A DNA stretch of 32,000 nucleotides from Candidatus Saccharimonadota bacterium (GCF_025273655.1 NZ_CP045921.1:810001-842000), one strand, 5' to 3'; counted from the stretch's first letter, positions 8,756-17,493 are shown. Numbers and translations are program-made. Notes: generated from the sequence alone by a model not told the origin.

Positions 8756-10168
8756 TTATAACACACGCACACGAATTGTGTCGGTTTCACCAGTCACGCC
8801 AGGCTGTTTGCCGCTCACTATCACGACCGAGACGGGCTGTTCATCTGTGTCGAAGTAGTTTTCCTCCTGGAGGCGCTTAGCAACTTCGAGTCCAGCTTTG
8901 TCGCCATCCGGATGAACATAGCTCTTGTTTGCGTAGCTCAGCGCAAGTAGCTGCGCGGTGCGCTTTTCGCTCGTAACACTGATGATAGGCAAATTTGGGC
9001 GGAATGCTGCGATAGAGATAGCTGTGGCGCCAGATTTGGTCTCAGCTACGATCGCATTTACTTTGAGTTGTTCGGCGATCTTGACCGCCGCTGCGCTAAT
9101 GGCGTCGCGTTTTGCGATAGAATCGATCAAGACACTGTCGAACGTCGCCACGGGCAAGTGCTCCTGCGTATAGAGAATTGTCTTCTTCATGGCTTTGACC
9201 GTCTCAACAGGATACGAGCCATTAGCAGTCTCGTCACTGAGCATCACCGTGTCAGCACCGAGAAGTACGGCTGTCGCTACGTCGCTTACTTCGGCGCGGG
9301 TCGGCTCCGGATTGTCCACCATACTGGCCATCATCTGAGTAGCAACGATGCTGAGCTTGCCGTAGCGACGGCACAGCTCAATGATCTGGCGCTGCACAAC
9401 AGGCACTACTTCTGCACCAGCTTCTACCGCCAGATCACCACGAGCCACCATCACACCATCGCTAGCTTGTACGATTGCACGGAGCGTATCAGTTTCAATC
9501 GCCGCTTTTGTCTCAATCTTTGAGATAATTTGTGCCGTACTACCAAGACTCACCAGCATCTGGCGGAGATTATTGATGTCTTCGGCCGACTGCACGAAGC
9601 TTAGCGCTACATAATCGATGTCGGCTTTCGCCCCGTATTCGATATCAGCAATGTCTTTTGGCGTCAGGATATCACCGCCGAAGTCGGTGTCGGGCAGATT
9701 GATACCTTTGCGGCTCATGAGTACGCCGTCATTCTCTACACGGAGTTTGATCGCCGTATCGGATGGAATCTCGACCACGGTCGTACGCACTTTGCCGTCG
9801 AAGATATAGATCGGCTCGCCTACTTTCACCTTTTCAGCCAGATTGTACTGAACAGGGAATGTCAGACCGTCGTGCTCGGCCGCGTAGTCGAGGACGATTT
9901 CATCGCCTTTTTTGACTTCGGTGTTTTCTTTCAAGCCGCCAAGACGGATCTTTGGTCCCTGAAGATCTTGCAGAATTGCAACAGGTTTACCAGCTTTTTC
10001 GCTCGCTTGGCGAATCCATGGAATTTGCTCGTCACGCTCTTCGTGGGAGCCGTGACTAAAGTTGAGACGAAAGCCGTTGACGCCCGCATTCATAAGTTCT
10101 TCGATTTTTTCTGGGGTGCTCGTATTTGGCCCGAGCGTAGCCAAGATTTTGGTTCGTTTAAATATCAT
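8756..10168 (-). CDS. pyk: Pyruvate kinase
   Basis: The 470-aa ORF has KILATLGP, NFSHG, the MVARGDL(A)VE catalytic region, ATQMMASM and a C-terminal alpha/beta domain. Confidence 0.95.
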   Translation of the reverse strand: MIFKRTKILATLGPNTSTPEKIEELMNAGVNGFRLNFSHGSHEERDEQIPWIRQASEKAGKPVAILQDLQGPKIRLGGLKENTEVKKGDEIVLDYAAEHDGLTFPVQYNLAEKVKVGEPIYIFDGKVRTTVVEIPSDTAIKLRVENDGVLMSRKGINLPDTDFGGDILTPKDIADIEYGAKADIDYVALSFVQSAEDINNLRQMLVSLGSTAQIISKIETKAAIETDTLRAIVQASDGVMVARGDLAVEAGAEVVPVVQRQIIELCRRYGKLSIVATQMMASMVDNPEPTRAEVSDVATAVLLGADTVMLSDETANGSYPVETVKAMKKTILYTQEHLPVATFDSVLIDSIAKRDAISAAAVKIAEQLKVNAIVAETKSGATAISIAAFRPNLPIISVTSEKRTAQLLALSYANKSYVHPDGDKAGLEVAKRLQEENYFDTDEQPVSVVIVSGKQPGVTGETDTIRVRVL

Positions 10169-10180
10169 TACCTAATTATA

Positions 10181-11212
10181 TCACATTTTGGCCTCTGTTA
10201 GAAGACCCTTTTCGACAATATCACGGTAGTTCCAGCCACCAAGCGACTCGGTTTTGTACGACCAATATATATGTGTCAACGCCTTGTCGTAGGATGCTAG
10301 TTGTACGTGCAGGTGATCTTTCTCGGCAAGATTAAGTGCCCGATCCCCCAGCTTGTCGTAAGATTCCTGCGCGAGCATCATACTCCACTCGCCCACCACT
10401 ACAGGCTGGATGTGCTGTAATCGCTGAATTGTACGACGACGTTTCGCGATGATTTTATAGTATGATGCGAGATCTGGTATTTTTCGCCAGTTAAGTGCGG
10501 AGGAATACCAATGCACATCCATCGCCACCCGCTGATGTGACGCACCTAGCAGTGCACCCGCGAAAAGCCATGGGTGAAATGCGTCCGAAAAGATGACATA
10601 TATATAATCCGGCAAGATCTTGGCGATACGTCGATATGCACGAAGATAGTAAGCACGTAGCTTCCAATGGGTACGCCAAGACACAAGCGGCTCATTGATA
10701 ACCTCGAACCCCCAAAGTGCCGAAGAGGTTCTGTAGCGCTGCGCCACCTCGAGACAGATATCTATTGATGTACGGCGGTGGGTAGTGTCATCGAACCAGT
10801 CCTTGTTTCCGATTTTTCCACTATGATCCCAGCCATTTTGCGAGCCGGGTAGGGCATGAAAATCTAGCAACACACGCAGTTGATACTTCTCCGCCATACG
10901 CATTGCCCAGTCGAGTCGCTCTTTACCGGTCACATAGCCATCACCTTCGCGAAACAACCAATAGCCAAACGGAATACGTACCAGTTCTACTCCGTGTTTG
11001 GCCAGCCAAGCGAAGTCCGATTCTTGGATAAACGAGTTGCGGTGACGAAGAATACGATCGGGGCCTTCAGGAGTTTGCGACAAGCCATATTCATCTTCGG
11101 CATCGCACCCAGCAAAAACACTAGGTGTCATCCACTTTTCGAGGATGAGCCATCCACCGAGATTAACGCCACGCAGAGCATGTTTTTTTGTCATACCTAT
11201 AGTATATCCCAC
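10181..11212 (-). CDS. Glycoside hydrolase family 5 (exo-1,3-beta-glucanase/cellulase-like), no signal peptide
   Basis: The motifs are GVNLGGWLILEKWMTPSVF, acid/base NEP in FEVINEP, and nucleophile Glu in VVGEWS. The ORF-track start at 11212 is GTG. An in-frame ATG at 11194 (MTKKHALRGVNLGGW) lies 6 nt after a minus-strand TATACT and may be the true, leaderless start. Confidence 0.8.
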   Translation of the reverse strand: MGYTIGMTKKHALRGVNLGGWLILEKWMTPSVFAGCDAEDEYGLSQTPEGPDRILRHRNSFIQESDFAWLAKHGVELVRIPFGYWLFREGDGYVTGKERLDWAMRMAEKYQLRVLLDFHALPGSQNGWDHSGKIGNKDWFDDTTHRRTSIDICLEVAQRYRTSSALWGFEVINEPLVSWRTHWKLRAYYLRAYRRIAKILPDYIYVIFSDAFHPWLFAGALLGASHQRVAMDVHWYSSALNWRKIPDLASYYKIIAKRRRTIQRLQHIQPVVVGEWSMMLAQESYDKLGDRALNLAEKDHLHVQLASYDKALTHIYWSYKTESLGGWNYRDIVEKGLLTEAKM

Positions 11213-11214
11213 CC

Positions 11215-11243
11215 TTTACTAGAGGTGCTCAAGCTGTTATAAT
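11215..11243 (+). promoter_or_regulatory. Sigma70-type promoter (TTTACT-17 nt-TGtTATAAT) upstream of tRNA-Glu
   Basis: TTTACT is at 11215-11220, followed by a 17-nt spacer ending in TG, then TATAAT at 11238-11243. It reads toward the tRNA 125 nt downstream. Confidence 0.45.
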
Positions 11244-11367
11244 GTCTCGAGTTGAATGTAAAAATTCAAGATATTTTGGCCCTCATATGGATCGCAAGCG
11301 ACCATATGAGACCGCTCAGTTTGGAAATGAAAATAAGCAAGCTGATTTTCATTCCGCTCACCTTTGC

Positions 11368-11442
11368 GGCCTCATCGTCTAACGGTTAGGACACCAGGTT
11401 TTCATCCTGGCAATCGGAGTTCGATTCTCCGTGAGGTCACCA
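11368..11442 (+). tRNA. tRNA-Glu (anticodon UUC), CCA encoded
   Basis: The 75-nt cloverleaf has acceptor GGCCTCA/TGAGGTC, anticodon stem CCAGG/CCTGG with loop TTTTCAT (anticodon TTC), T arm CGGAG-TTCGATT-CTCCG, and discriminator A plus CCA. Confidence 0.9.
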
Positions 11443-11479
11443 AGAAAATAGACTCATCCCTCGATGAGTCTATTTTCTT
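11442..11479. terminator. Perfect 17-bp hairpin, likely bidirectional intrinsic terminator
   Basis: AAGAAAATAGACTCATC-cctc-GATGAGTCTATTTTCTT is T-rich on its 3' side in both orientations. It lies between the tRNA (+) and the convergent hydrolase gene (-). Confidence 0.6.
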
Positions 11480-11578
11480 GGCAGAGTCTTGGCAGAGCCT
11501 CAACGCGAGAAGCAAACTCCGGCTTTTGCCGGAGTAAAAAGGAGTACAGCGTAGCAGAGAAAGAAAACGGGAGCTTGT

Positions 11579-12451
11579 TCACGTCCCTTTCTCTCCTAAA
11601 AACTCTCCTACCACTCGCAAAAACTTCTCCGGCTCTTCCAGATTCGCGCTATGTGAACTATGTTCAAACAACTCCCAGCGAATATCCGGTATGCGCCTCA
11701 CTATTTCCTGCATCTGGCGTGGCGTAGCTTCATCATATCTACCAGACACGAGCAGCGTCGGTTGTGAGATTTGCGACAAACGATCAAGCACCGACCAATC
11801 TTTGAGGTTACCTGTCGCATGCGCCTCACTTGGGCCCCACATAGTGTGATATACCTGCGCACCCATACCGGCGATTGCATCGAGCACATCTTGGTCTTTG
11901 GGTACACGCAGCACGAAATGATCGTCGAACAGATCTGACAATCGAGTGTATTCCTCGCCCTCTGTCTCGCCGCGCCGCTCAAGTTCGCGCATGCGCACAC
12001 CTTGTCCGTCTGGCAACTCATCTTTCAACCTATCCGCTTCGGCGACCCAGAGATGTGTATCGACAAGGGGTGAATGCGCCACGAGCTTGTGTACATACTG
12101 TGGGTATTTGAGCGCATACTCAAATAACAACGAACCACCCCACGAGCCACCAATGAGGTTGACTACTTCGTAACCAAGGTGTTGCCGTAATGCCTCAAGC
12201 TCCTCGACAAAAAACTCTACTGTCCACAGCGACGGGTCATCCGGCCGATCTGATTTACCGCAGCCGAGCTGATCGTACAGCACCACCGGATACCCACGCT
12301 CCGCCAACGCGATGTGCGTGCGTAGCGCATTGTGTGGAAACCCCGGCCCACCGTGCAACACGATAAGCGGCGTGCCGGGCTGCTCGGCACCGTGCACTTG
12401 ATACCATGTACTGTGTCCATTTCTCGTCAAATAGTTTTCTTCCGTCGTCAT
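11579..12451 (-). CDS. Alpha/beta hydrolase, proline iminopeptidase family
   Basis: From ATG 12451 the frame reads MTTEENYLTRNGHSTWYQVHG...LIVLHGGPGFPH (HGGPG motif), YDQLGCGKS, and the nucleophile elbow GGSWGG. The 90 upstream codons of the track ORF are Arg/Pro-rich junk and overlap the PadR promoter and gene. Confidence 0.8.
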   Translation of the reverse strand: MTTEENYLTRNGHSTWYQVHGAEQPGTPLIVLHGGPGFPHNALRTHIALAERGYPVVLYDQLGCGKSDRPDDPSLWTVEFFVEELEALRQHLGYEVVNLIGGSWGGSLLFEYALKYPQYVHKLVAHSPLVDTHLWVAEADRLKDELPDGQGVRMRELERRGETEGEEYTRLSDLFDDHFVLRVPKDQDVLDAIAGMGAQVYHTMWGPSEAHATGNLKDWSVLDRLSQISQPTLLVSGRYDEATPRQMQEIVRRIPDIRWELFEHSSHSANLEEPEKFLRVVGEFLGEKGT

Positions 12452-12490
12452 GTCACCAGTATAGCCTGGCGCTGATTTTCGTAAAATAGC

Positions 12491-12520
12491 TTGACATAAC
12501 GATATATCGTTAATTATACT
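12491..12520 (+). promoter_or_regulatory. Promoter of the padR-ABC-MMPL operon (TTGACA-18 nt-TATACT)
   Basis: TTGACA is at 12491-12496 and TATACT at 12515-12520. The RBS AAAGGAG is at 12552-12558 and the ATG at 12567. Confidence 0.5.
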
Positions 12521-12544
12521 AAGAATAGTTAGCGATATATCGTT
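12498..12544. promoter_or_regulatory. Two copies of a palindromic operator (A[A/G]CGATATATCGTT), putative PadR binding sites
   Basis: AACGATATATCGTT at 12498-12511 is a perfect 14-bp palindrome inside the -35/-10 spacer. AGCGATATATCGTT at 12531-12544 lies just downstream of -10. The centre-to-centre distance is 33 bp. Confidence 0.5.
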
Positions 12545-12566
12545 ATCGCAGAAAGGAGCATACAGT

Positions 12567-13145
12567 ATGTTTGCACAAGAATTTGAACACGCACATGCGT
12601 TTGGTCGCGGCCGAGGCGGTTTTGGCGGACCAGATTTCGAGGAGATGCGCGAAAACCTACGTGGGTTTCGCGCTGGTCGCGGCATGATAGAGCCCGCCAT
12701 CCTCGGCGCGCTCACAACCAAGCCTATGCACGGCTACGAAATCATCTCCTATTTGGAGGAGAAATCTCAGGGCGTATGGCGCCCTAGCGCTGGCTCAGTC
12801 TACCCCACCCTACAGCTACTCGAAGAAAAAGATTTGGTAACGTACACCGAAGAAAACGGCAAAAAAATTTACCAGCTCTCAACCGACGGTGAAGCAGAAG
12901 CCGCAAATAGCCAGAAACAGTTCGAGGCAATTTTCGAACGATTTGCCAGTGCCGACCAAGAAGAAGGACGCCGTATGAATTTCCGTCACGGGTATCAGCG
13001 ACAGTTTCACCGTCAAGCAGGTGATATCATGAAGACGATGCGTCAGATTTTTCGAAAAGGCAGCGCCCAGCAAAAAGAAGCCATGGATGCAGCTGTCAAT
13101 GAATTCAAAGTAAGGCTCGAAGCGATCGAGAGAGGAGAAATATAA
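12567..13145 (+). CDS. PadR family transcriptional regulator
   Basis: The winged-helix signature is ILGALTTKPMHGYEIISYLEEKSQGVWRPSAGSVYPTLQLLEEKDLV. It has a C-terminal coiled extension. Its stop overlaps the next gene's start (TAATG). Confidence 0.9.
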   Translation: MFAQEFEHAHAFGRGRGGFGGPDFEEMRENLRGFRAGRGMIEPAILGALTTKPMHGYEIISYLEEKSQGVWRPSAGSVYPTLQLLEEKDLVTYTEENGKKIYQLSTDGEAEAANSQKQFEAIFERFASADQEEGRRMNFRHGYQRQFHRQAGDIMKTMRQIFRKGSAQQKEAMDAAVNEFKVRLEAIERGEI

Positions 13146-14110
13146 TGGCAACATCTACGCCCGCCATCGAAGTCCATGGGCTCGAAAAGCGTTTCGGCGA
13201 CAACAAGGCCGTCGACGGTATCGACCTTGTCGTACCAAGTGGCATGATCTATGGAGTCTTGGGGCCAAACGGCGCCGGCAAAACCACCACCATCAACATG
13301 CTTGCCACACTCATGCGCCCAGATGGAGGCAGCGCCAAAGTCTTCGGCCACGACGTGGTACACGAAGCACAGGTCGTACGCCAGCTCATCGGCGTCACCG
13401 GCCAATATGCGTCGGTTGACGAGAAACTCTCGGCTATTGAAAACCTGGTAATCTTCGGCCGTCTACTCGGTTTGAGCAGCAGCGAGGCCAAAGCGAAAGC
13501 GGCTGAGTTACTGGAAGAATTTGGACTCAGTGATGCCGCAAAGCGCCCACTGAAGAACTTTAGTGGCGGCATGCGTCGTCGCCTCGACCTTGCCGCCAGC
13601 TTGATCGCCCAACCACCCCTTATCTTTCTCGATGAGCCAACAACTGGTCTCGACCCACGCACGCGCAACCAAATGTGGGATACGATTCGCAAGCTGGTCA
13701 AAAGCGGCTCGACAATCCTACTCACTACCCAGTATCTCGAAGAGGCCGACCAACTGGCAGACCGGATAGCCGTGATTGACCACGGACACGTCGTAGCCGA
13801 AGGCACACCAAACGAACTCAAGAAATCGATTGGCAACGCCACACTCGTGCTAGGTATCAAGCACAAAAAGTACATGGCAGAAGCAGCCAAGATCGTCGAA
13901 AAAACACTGAAAGTTAAAACTCAGCAGCCCGAACAAACAGTCATCACAGCGCCGATGAAAGACGCTGATACAGTTACGGACTTACTAATCAAACTCCGCA
14001 CAGCTGATATCGAAATCGATGAGCTCAGCGTCCAAAAACCAACCCTCGACGAAGTCTTCTTCGCCATCACCGGCAAACCGGCCGAGAAAAAGGAGAACGA
14101 AAATGAGTAG
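13145..14110 (+). CDS. ABC transporter ATP-binding protein (DrrA/ABC-2 exporter type)
   Basis: Motifs are Walker A GPNGAGKTT, Q-loop, signature FSGGMRRRL, Walker B LIFLDEPTTGLD and the H-loop. The C-terminal regulatory extension is typical of DrrA-like ATPases. Confidence 0.9.
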   Translation: MATSTPAIEVHGLEKRFGDNKAVDGIDLVVPSGMIYGVLGPNGAGKTTTINMLATLMRPDGGSAKVFGHDVVHEAQVVRQLIGVTGQYASVDEKLSAIENLVIFGRLLGLSSSEAKAKAAELLEEFGLSDAAKRPLKNFSGGMRRRLDLAASLIAQPPLIFLDEPTTGLDPRTRNQMWDTIRKLVKSGSTILLTTQYLEEADQLADRIAVIDHGHVVAEGTPNELKKSIGNATLVLGIKHKKYMAEAAKIVEKTLKVKTQQPEQTVITAPMKDADTVTDLLIKLRTADIEIDELSVQKPTLDEVFFAITGKPAEKKENENE

Positions 14111-14924
14111 TACTACCGCCACAATCACACCGGGCGAAAAACGAACGCTCAAAAATCACGTCAGCTTAGGCCAAACAGTTAGCCAATCGCTCACCATGGC
14201 GCATCGTGGCCTCATAAAGGTTCGTCGCAACCCCGAACAGCTGTTCGATGTAGTATTCCAGCCCATCATCTTTACTGTCATGTTTACTTACCTTTTCGGT
14301 GGTGCTATCGCCGGTAGCGTCGCGAGCTATTTGCCTATCATTATCCCTGGTATCCTGGCACAGACCATCATCACCGCCAGTGTAGTAACAGGCACACAGC
14401 TACGAGAGGATATGGATAAGGGCGTGTTTGACCGCTTCAAAAGCCTGCCGATTGCTCGTATCGCGCCACTATCTGGTGCACTGATCGCCGACACAGTACG
14501 CTACCTCATTGCCACAGTGCTCACATTCACCATGGGCTATCTTATGGGACTGCGTCCAGACGGTGGTTTCGGTAGCGTCGTCGTTGCAAGCCTGCTTGTC
14601 ATCGCTTTCGCCTGGTGCCTTAGTTGGATCTTCGCGTTTTTCGGTGTCATTGCCCGCTCAGCATCGAGCGTGCAGGGCATTTCCATGCTCATCCTCTTCC
14701 CGCTCACCTTCTTATCGAATGCGTTTGTACCGGTCAATACCATGCCAGGCTGGCTGCAGTGGTTTGTAAATATCAATCCAGTTTCGCACCTCATCACCGC
14801 GATTCGAGACCTCATCAATCACGGCACAATAGGCGGAGATTTCTGGCTCAGTGTCATTGGTGCACTCGTCATTTTGGCTATCTTCGCACCGCTGACAGTT
14901 CGCGCCTATATGCATAAAGCCTAG
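14103..14924 (+). CDS. ABC-2 type transporter permease
   Basis: The start ATG at 14103 overlaps the ATPase stop (ATGAGTAG). The product is a six-helix hydrophobic protein of 273 aa (RNPEQLFDVVFQPIIFTVMF...). The upstream 28 codons of the track ORF lie inside the ATPase gene. Confidence 0.85.
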   Translation: MSSTTATITPGEKRTLKNHVSLGQTVSQSLTMAHRGLIKVRRNPEQLFDVVFQPIIFTVMFTYLFGGAIAGSVASYLPIIIPGILAQTIITASVVTGTQLREDMDKGVFDRFKSLPIARIAPLSGALIADTVRYLIATVLTFTMGYLMGLRPDGGFGSVVVASLLVIAFAWCLSWIFAFFGVIARSASSVQGISMLILFPLTFLSNAFVPVNTMPGWLQWFVNINPVSHLITAIRDLINHGTIGGDFWLSVIGALVILAIFAPLTVRAYMHKA

Positions 14925-14991
14925 CGATTGACGCATGCACGGCACTCCCGCATAATAAGAGATAAATATACTACCGCAAACGAGGGACCAT

Positions 14992-17391
14992 ATGGGGAAT
15001 TTTCTGCAAAAACTAGGCGCGCGCGCGTTTGAACTAAAATGGGTGATTGTGCTTGTATGGATCGTCATACTCGGCATACTCGGTGCCACGGCTGCGCATT
15101 ACTTCAAATCACCGACCAGTGCCATCAAGATTCCTGGCACCGAGGCACAGAAAACATTTGATCGCTACGGGGAGCTCTTCCCAGACGAAGGTAAAGGCTC
15201 CGGCCGTATCGTGTTCTATACTGCCGACGGCCAGGTACGAGACCACGCTACAGAGATCAACCAGCTCCTTGCACGGATTGACGATGTCGACAATGTTTCG
15301 GCCGTGATTAGCCCCTTTACCAACCCCAAAGGTATCTCGGACGATGGCAAAACCGCCTATGCCATACTTCAGCTCGACGGCACTATCGGTTCAATCGACA
15401 AAGCCACAACAGATAAAGTCGAATCACTTGTAGGTGACGCACGCATTCAAGGTGTAGAAATTGACAGAGGTGGAGATTTGGTACGCAAAGTGCCAGACGA
15501 AATCCTCGGCGTGGGCGAAATCGCCGGCGTACTGATCGCCCTCATGGTGCTCCTCATCACCCTCGGCTCACTTATAGCTGCCGGTATGCCAATTATCACT
15601 GCGCTCGTCGCAGTGGGTGCTAGTGCAGCCGGACTCTTCTCACTCAGTCAAGTCATCGAAGTCAACTCCACCACTCCGGCACTCGCCATCATGCTTGGCT
15701 TGGCTGTTGGTATCGATTACTCCCTCTTCATTATCAATCGCTACCGCAGTCTGCTGCTTGAAGGCTATGATTACAAGACGGCCGCAGCCCGTGCGATCGG
15801 TACCGCTGGTAGCGCCGTACTTTTCGCCGCTTCTACTGTCGTAATTGCGCTCGCCTCGCTCACTGTCGTGCAAATTCCATTCATGACCACCATGGGACTC
15901 ACGGCAGCTGCTACCGTAGCAGCTGCCGCTATCATTGCAATCACACTGGTACCAGCCATGCTAGGTATCGCGGGCAAGCATGTATTTCGCGGTAAAACAC
16001 GCCAAGCAATTGCCGATGCCCAGAAACGCGGTATCAAACACAATGAACATGCGCCACACCGCTCGGGCTGGTGGAAATGGGGCAACACAATCACCAAATA
16101 CCCGTATGCTATCATCGCTGTCGCCGTACTTATTATCGCTGTCATCGCCTATCCAGTAAAAGACATGCGCCTCGGCCTCCCTACTGACGAATTTGCCGCC
16201 CAAGGCTCATCTGAACGTATCGCCTACGATCGACTCACCGATGGCTTCGGTGCCGGATTCAACGGCCCCCTCCTCATCTTGGTAGAGAACATGCCCCAGA
16301 CTTCACAAGCTGACAAAGATACGGTACGAAATGCCGCAATGGCCGAATTTAATAAACAAGTAGCCGCCCAGACAGAGTCTGCACAAACGGCTATCCAGGC
16401 GCAAATGGCGCAGATTACTACTCCAGAGCAAGCCGTTGCCCTGCAGCAGCAAATCGCAGCCCAACAAGCAGCCGGTGAGCAAAAGAAGCAAGAAGCACTA
16501 GTCGCTATAGACAGGCAAGTCGAACAATACGCACCGCTCGTGCAGTACAATCAGATCGCCCAACGTATCGCAAAACAAGACAACGTTGACCAAGCGCTAC
16601 CTGTCACTACAGCAAATAACGGCACCGTAGGTGTGATCCAGGTGGTACCGAAATCCGGCCCAAGTGACGCCGCTACTGGTGATCTCGTCAACAAACTGCG
16701 TGAATCTGACACCCAAGACAACGTGCTCGACAACACCACTGCCACACTCGGTGTCACCGGCACTACTGCTATGCAAATTGATATCAACAAGAAACTGTCT
16801 GCTGCACTGCCCGTCTACCTAGCTGTTGTCGTCGGTCTGTCGCTTATCTTGCTCGTGATTGCGTTTCGCTCCATCTTAGTACCAATCAAGGCAACTCTCG
16901 GGTTCCTTCTCTCGGTGGCGGCGATGTTCGGCGCTCTTGTAGCTGTATTCCAATGGGGGTGGTTTGGTATCGCCGAGGCACCAGGACCTATCGTCACCAT
17001 GCTGCCTATCATCGGTATTGGTATCTTGTTTGGCCTCGCTATGGACTATGAATTTTTCCTCGTCTCTGGCATGCACGAAGCGCACCAGCACACCGGCGAC
17101 GCACACAAAGCCGTCCTGCGTGGCTTCTACCAGGGGGCTAAAGTCGTGGTGGCTGCAGCAGCTATCATGGTATCCGTCTTCGCTGGCTTCATCTCCAACC
17201 ACGACACCACCGTACAGGCACTTGGTTTCGCGCTCACCGTTGGCATCTTTGTCGATGCGTTTCTGGTGCGCATGACTATCGTACCGGCCGTCATGCAGCT
17301 CCTTGGTAGTAGCGCCTGGTGGCTACCAAAGTGGCTCGACGGTATCTTGCCGCATATCGCAATCGAGGGCGAGTCAGACAACAAAGCATAA
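14992..17391 (+). CDS. MMPL family (RND superfamily) membrane transporter
   Basis: The 799-aa ORF has two 6-TM bundles, each preceded by a large extracytoplasmic loop. The MMPL signature is LGLAVGIDYSLFIINRY, with GLAMDYEFFLVSGMHE in the second half. A possible own promoter is TTGACG(14928)-17-CATAAT(14951). Confidence 0.9.
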   Translation: MGNFLQKLGARAFELKWVIVLVWIVILGILGATAAHYFKSPTSAIKIPGTEAQKTFDRYGELFPDEGKGSGRIVFYTADGQVRDHATEINQLLARIDDVDNVSAVISPFTNPKGISDDGKTAYAILQLDGTIGSIDKATTDKVESLVGDARIQGVEIDRGGDLVRKVPDEILGVGEIAGVLIALMVLLITLGSLIAAGMPIITALVAVGASAAGLFSLSQVIEVNSTTPALAIMLGLAVGIDYSLFIINRYRSLLLEGYDYKTAAARAIGTAGSAVLFAASTVVIALASLTVVQIPFMTTMGLTAAATVAAAAIIAITLVPAMLGIAGKHVFRGKTRQAIADAQKRGIKHNEHAPHRSGWWKWGNTITKYPYAIIAVAVLIIAVIAYPVKDMRLGLPTDEFAAQGSSERIAYDRLTDGFGAGFNGPLLILVENMPQTSQADKDTVRNAAMAEFNKQVAAQTESAQTAIQAQMAQITTPEQAVALQQQIAAQQAAGEQKKQEALVAIDRQVEQYAPLVQYNQIAQRIAKQDNVDQALPVTTANNGTVGVIQVVPKSGPSDAATGDLVNKLRESDTQDNVLDNTTATLGVTGTTAMQIDINKKLSAALPVYLAVVVGLSLILLVIAFRSILVPIKATLGFLLSVAAMFGALVAVFQWGWFGIAEAPGPIVTMLPIIGIGILFGLAMDYEFFLVSGMHEAHQHTGDAHKAVLRGFYQGAKVVVAAAAIMVSVFAGFISNHDTTVQALGFALTVGIFVDAFLVRMTIVPAVMQLLGSSAWWLPKWLDGILPHIAIEGESDNKA

Positions 17392-17425
17392 GCATTGCGT
17401 AAAAAGCTTGTTTAGTATATAGGTA

Positions 17426-17454
17426 TTGACTTTTTATCCTTTTTGTGGTAATTT
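17426..17454 (+). promoter_or_regulatory. Candidate promoter TTGACT-17 nt-TGgTAATTT reading into the GC-rich island
   Basis: TTGACT is at 17426-17431, followed by a spacer ending in TGg, then TAATTT at 17449-17454. It lies in native-looking AT-rich DNA just left of the left inverted repeat. Confidence 0.35.
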
Positions 17455-17493
17455 GAATATATACGCCGTTGTGTGAGGACATACGGGGGCGAT

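Noticed and set aside
12452-12721. An N-terminal 90-codon extension of ORF 11579..12721.
   Set aside because: The extension is Arg/Pro-rich junk and runs through the PadR promoter, the operators and the first 50 codons of padR. Homology to proline iminopeptidases begins at the internal ATG 12451.
13249-13890. A 213-aa minus-strand ORF inside the ABC ATPase gene, and similar antisense ORFs inside pcrA, MMPL, pyk and the disordered protein gene.
   Set aside because: All lie antisense to or overlap genes with unambiguous conserved motifs. They have no start context and give low-complexity or Arg/Ser/Cys-rich translations.
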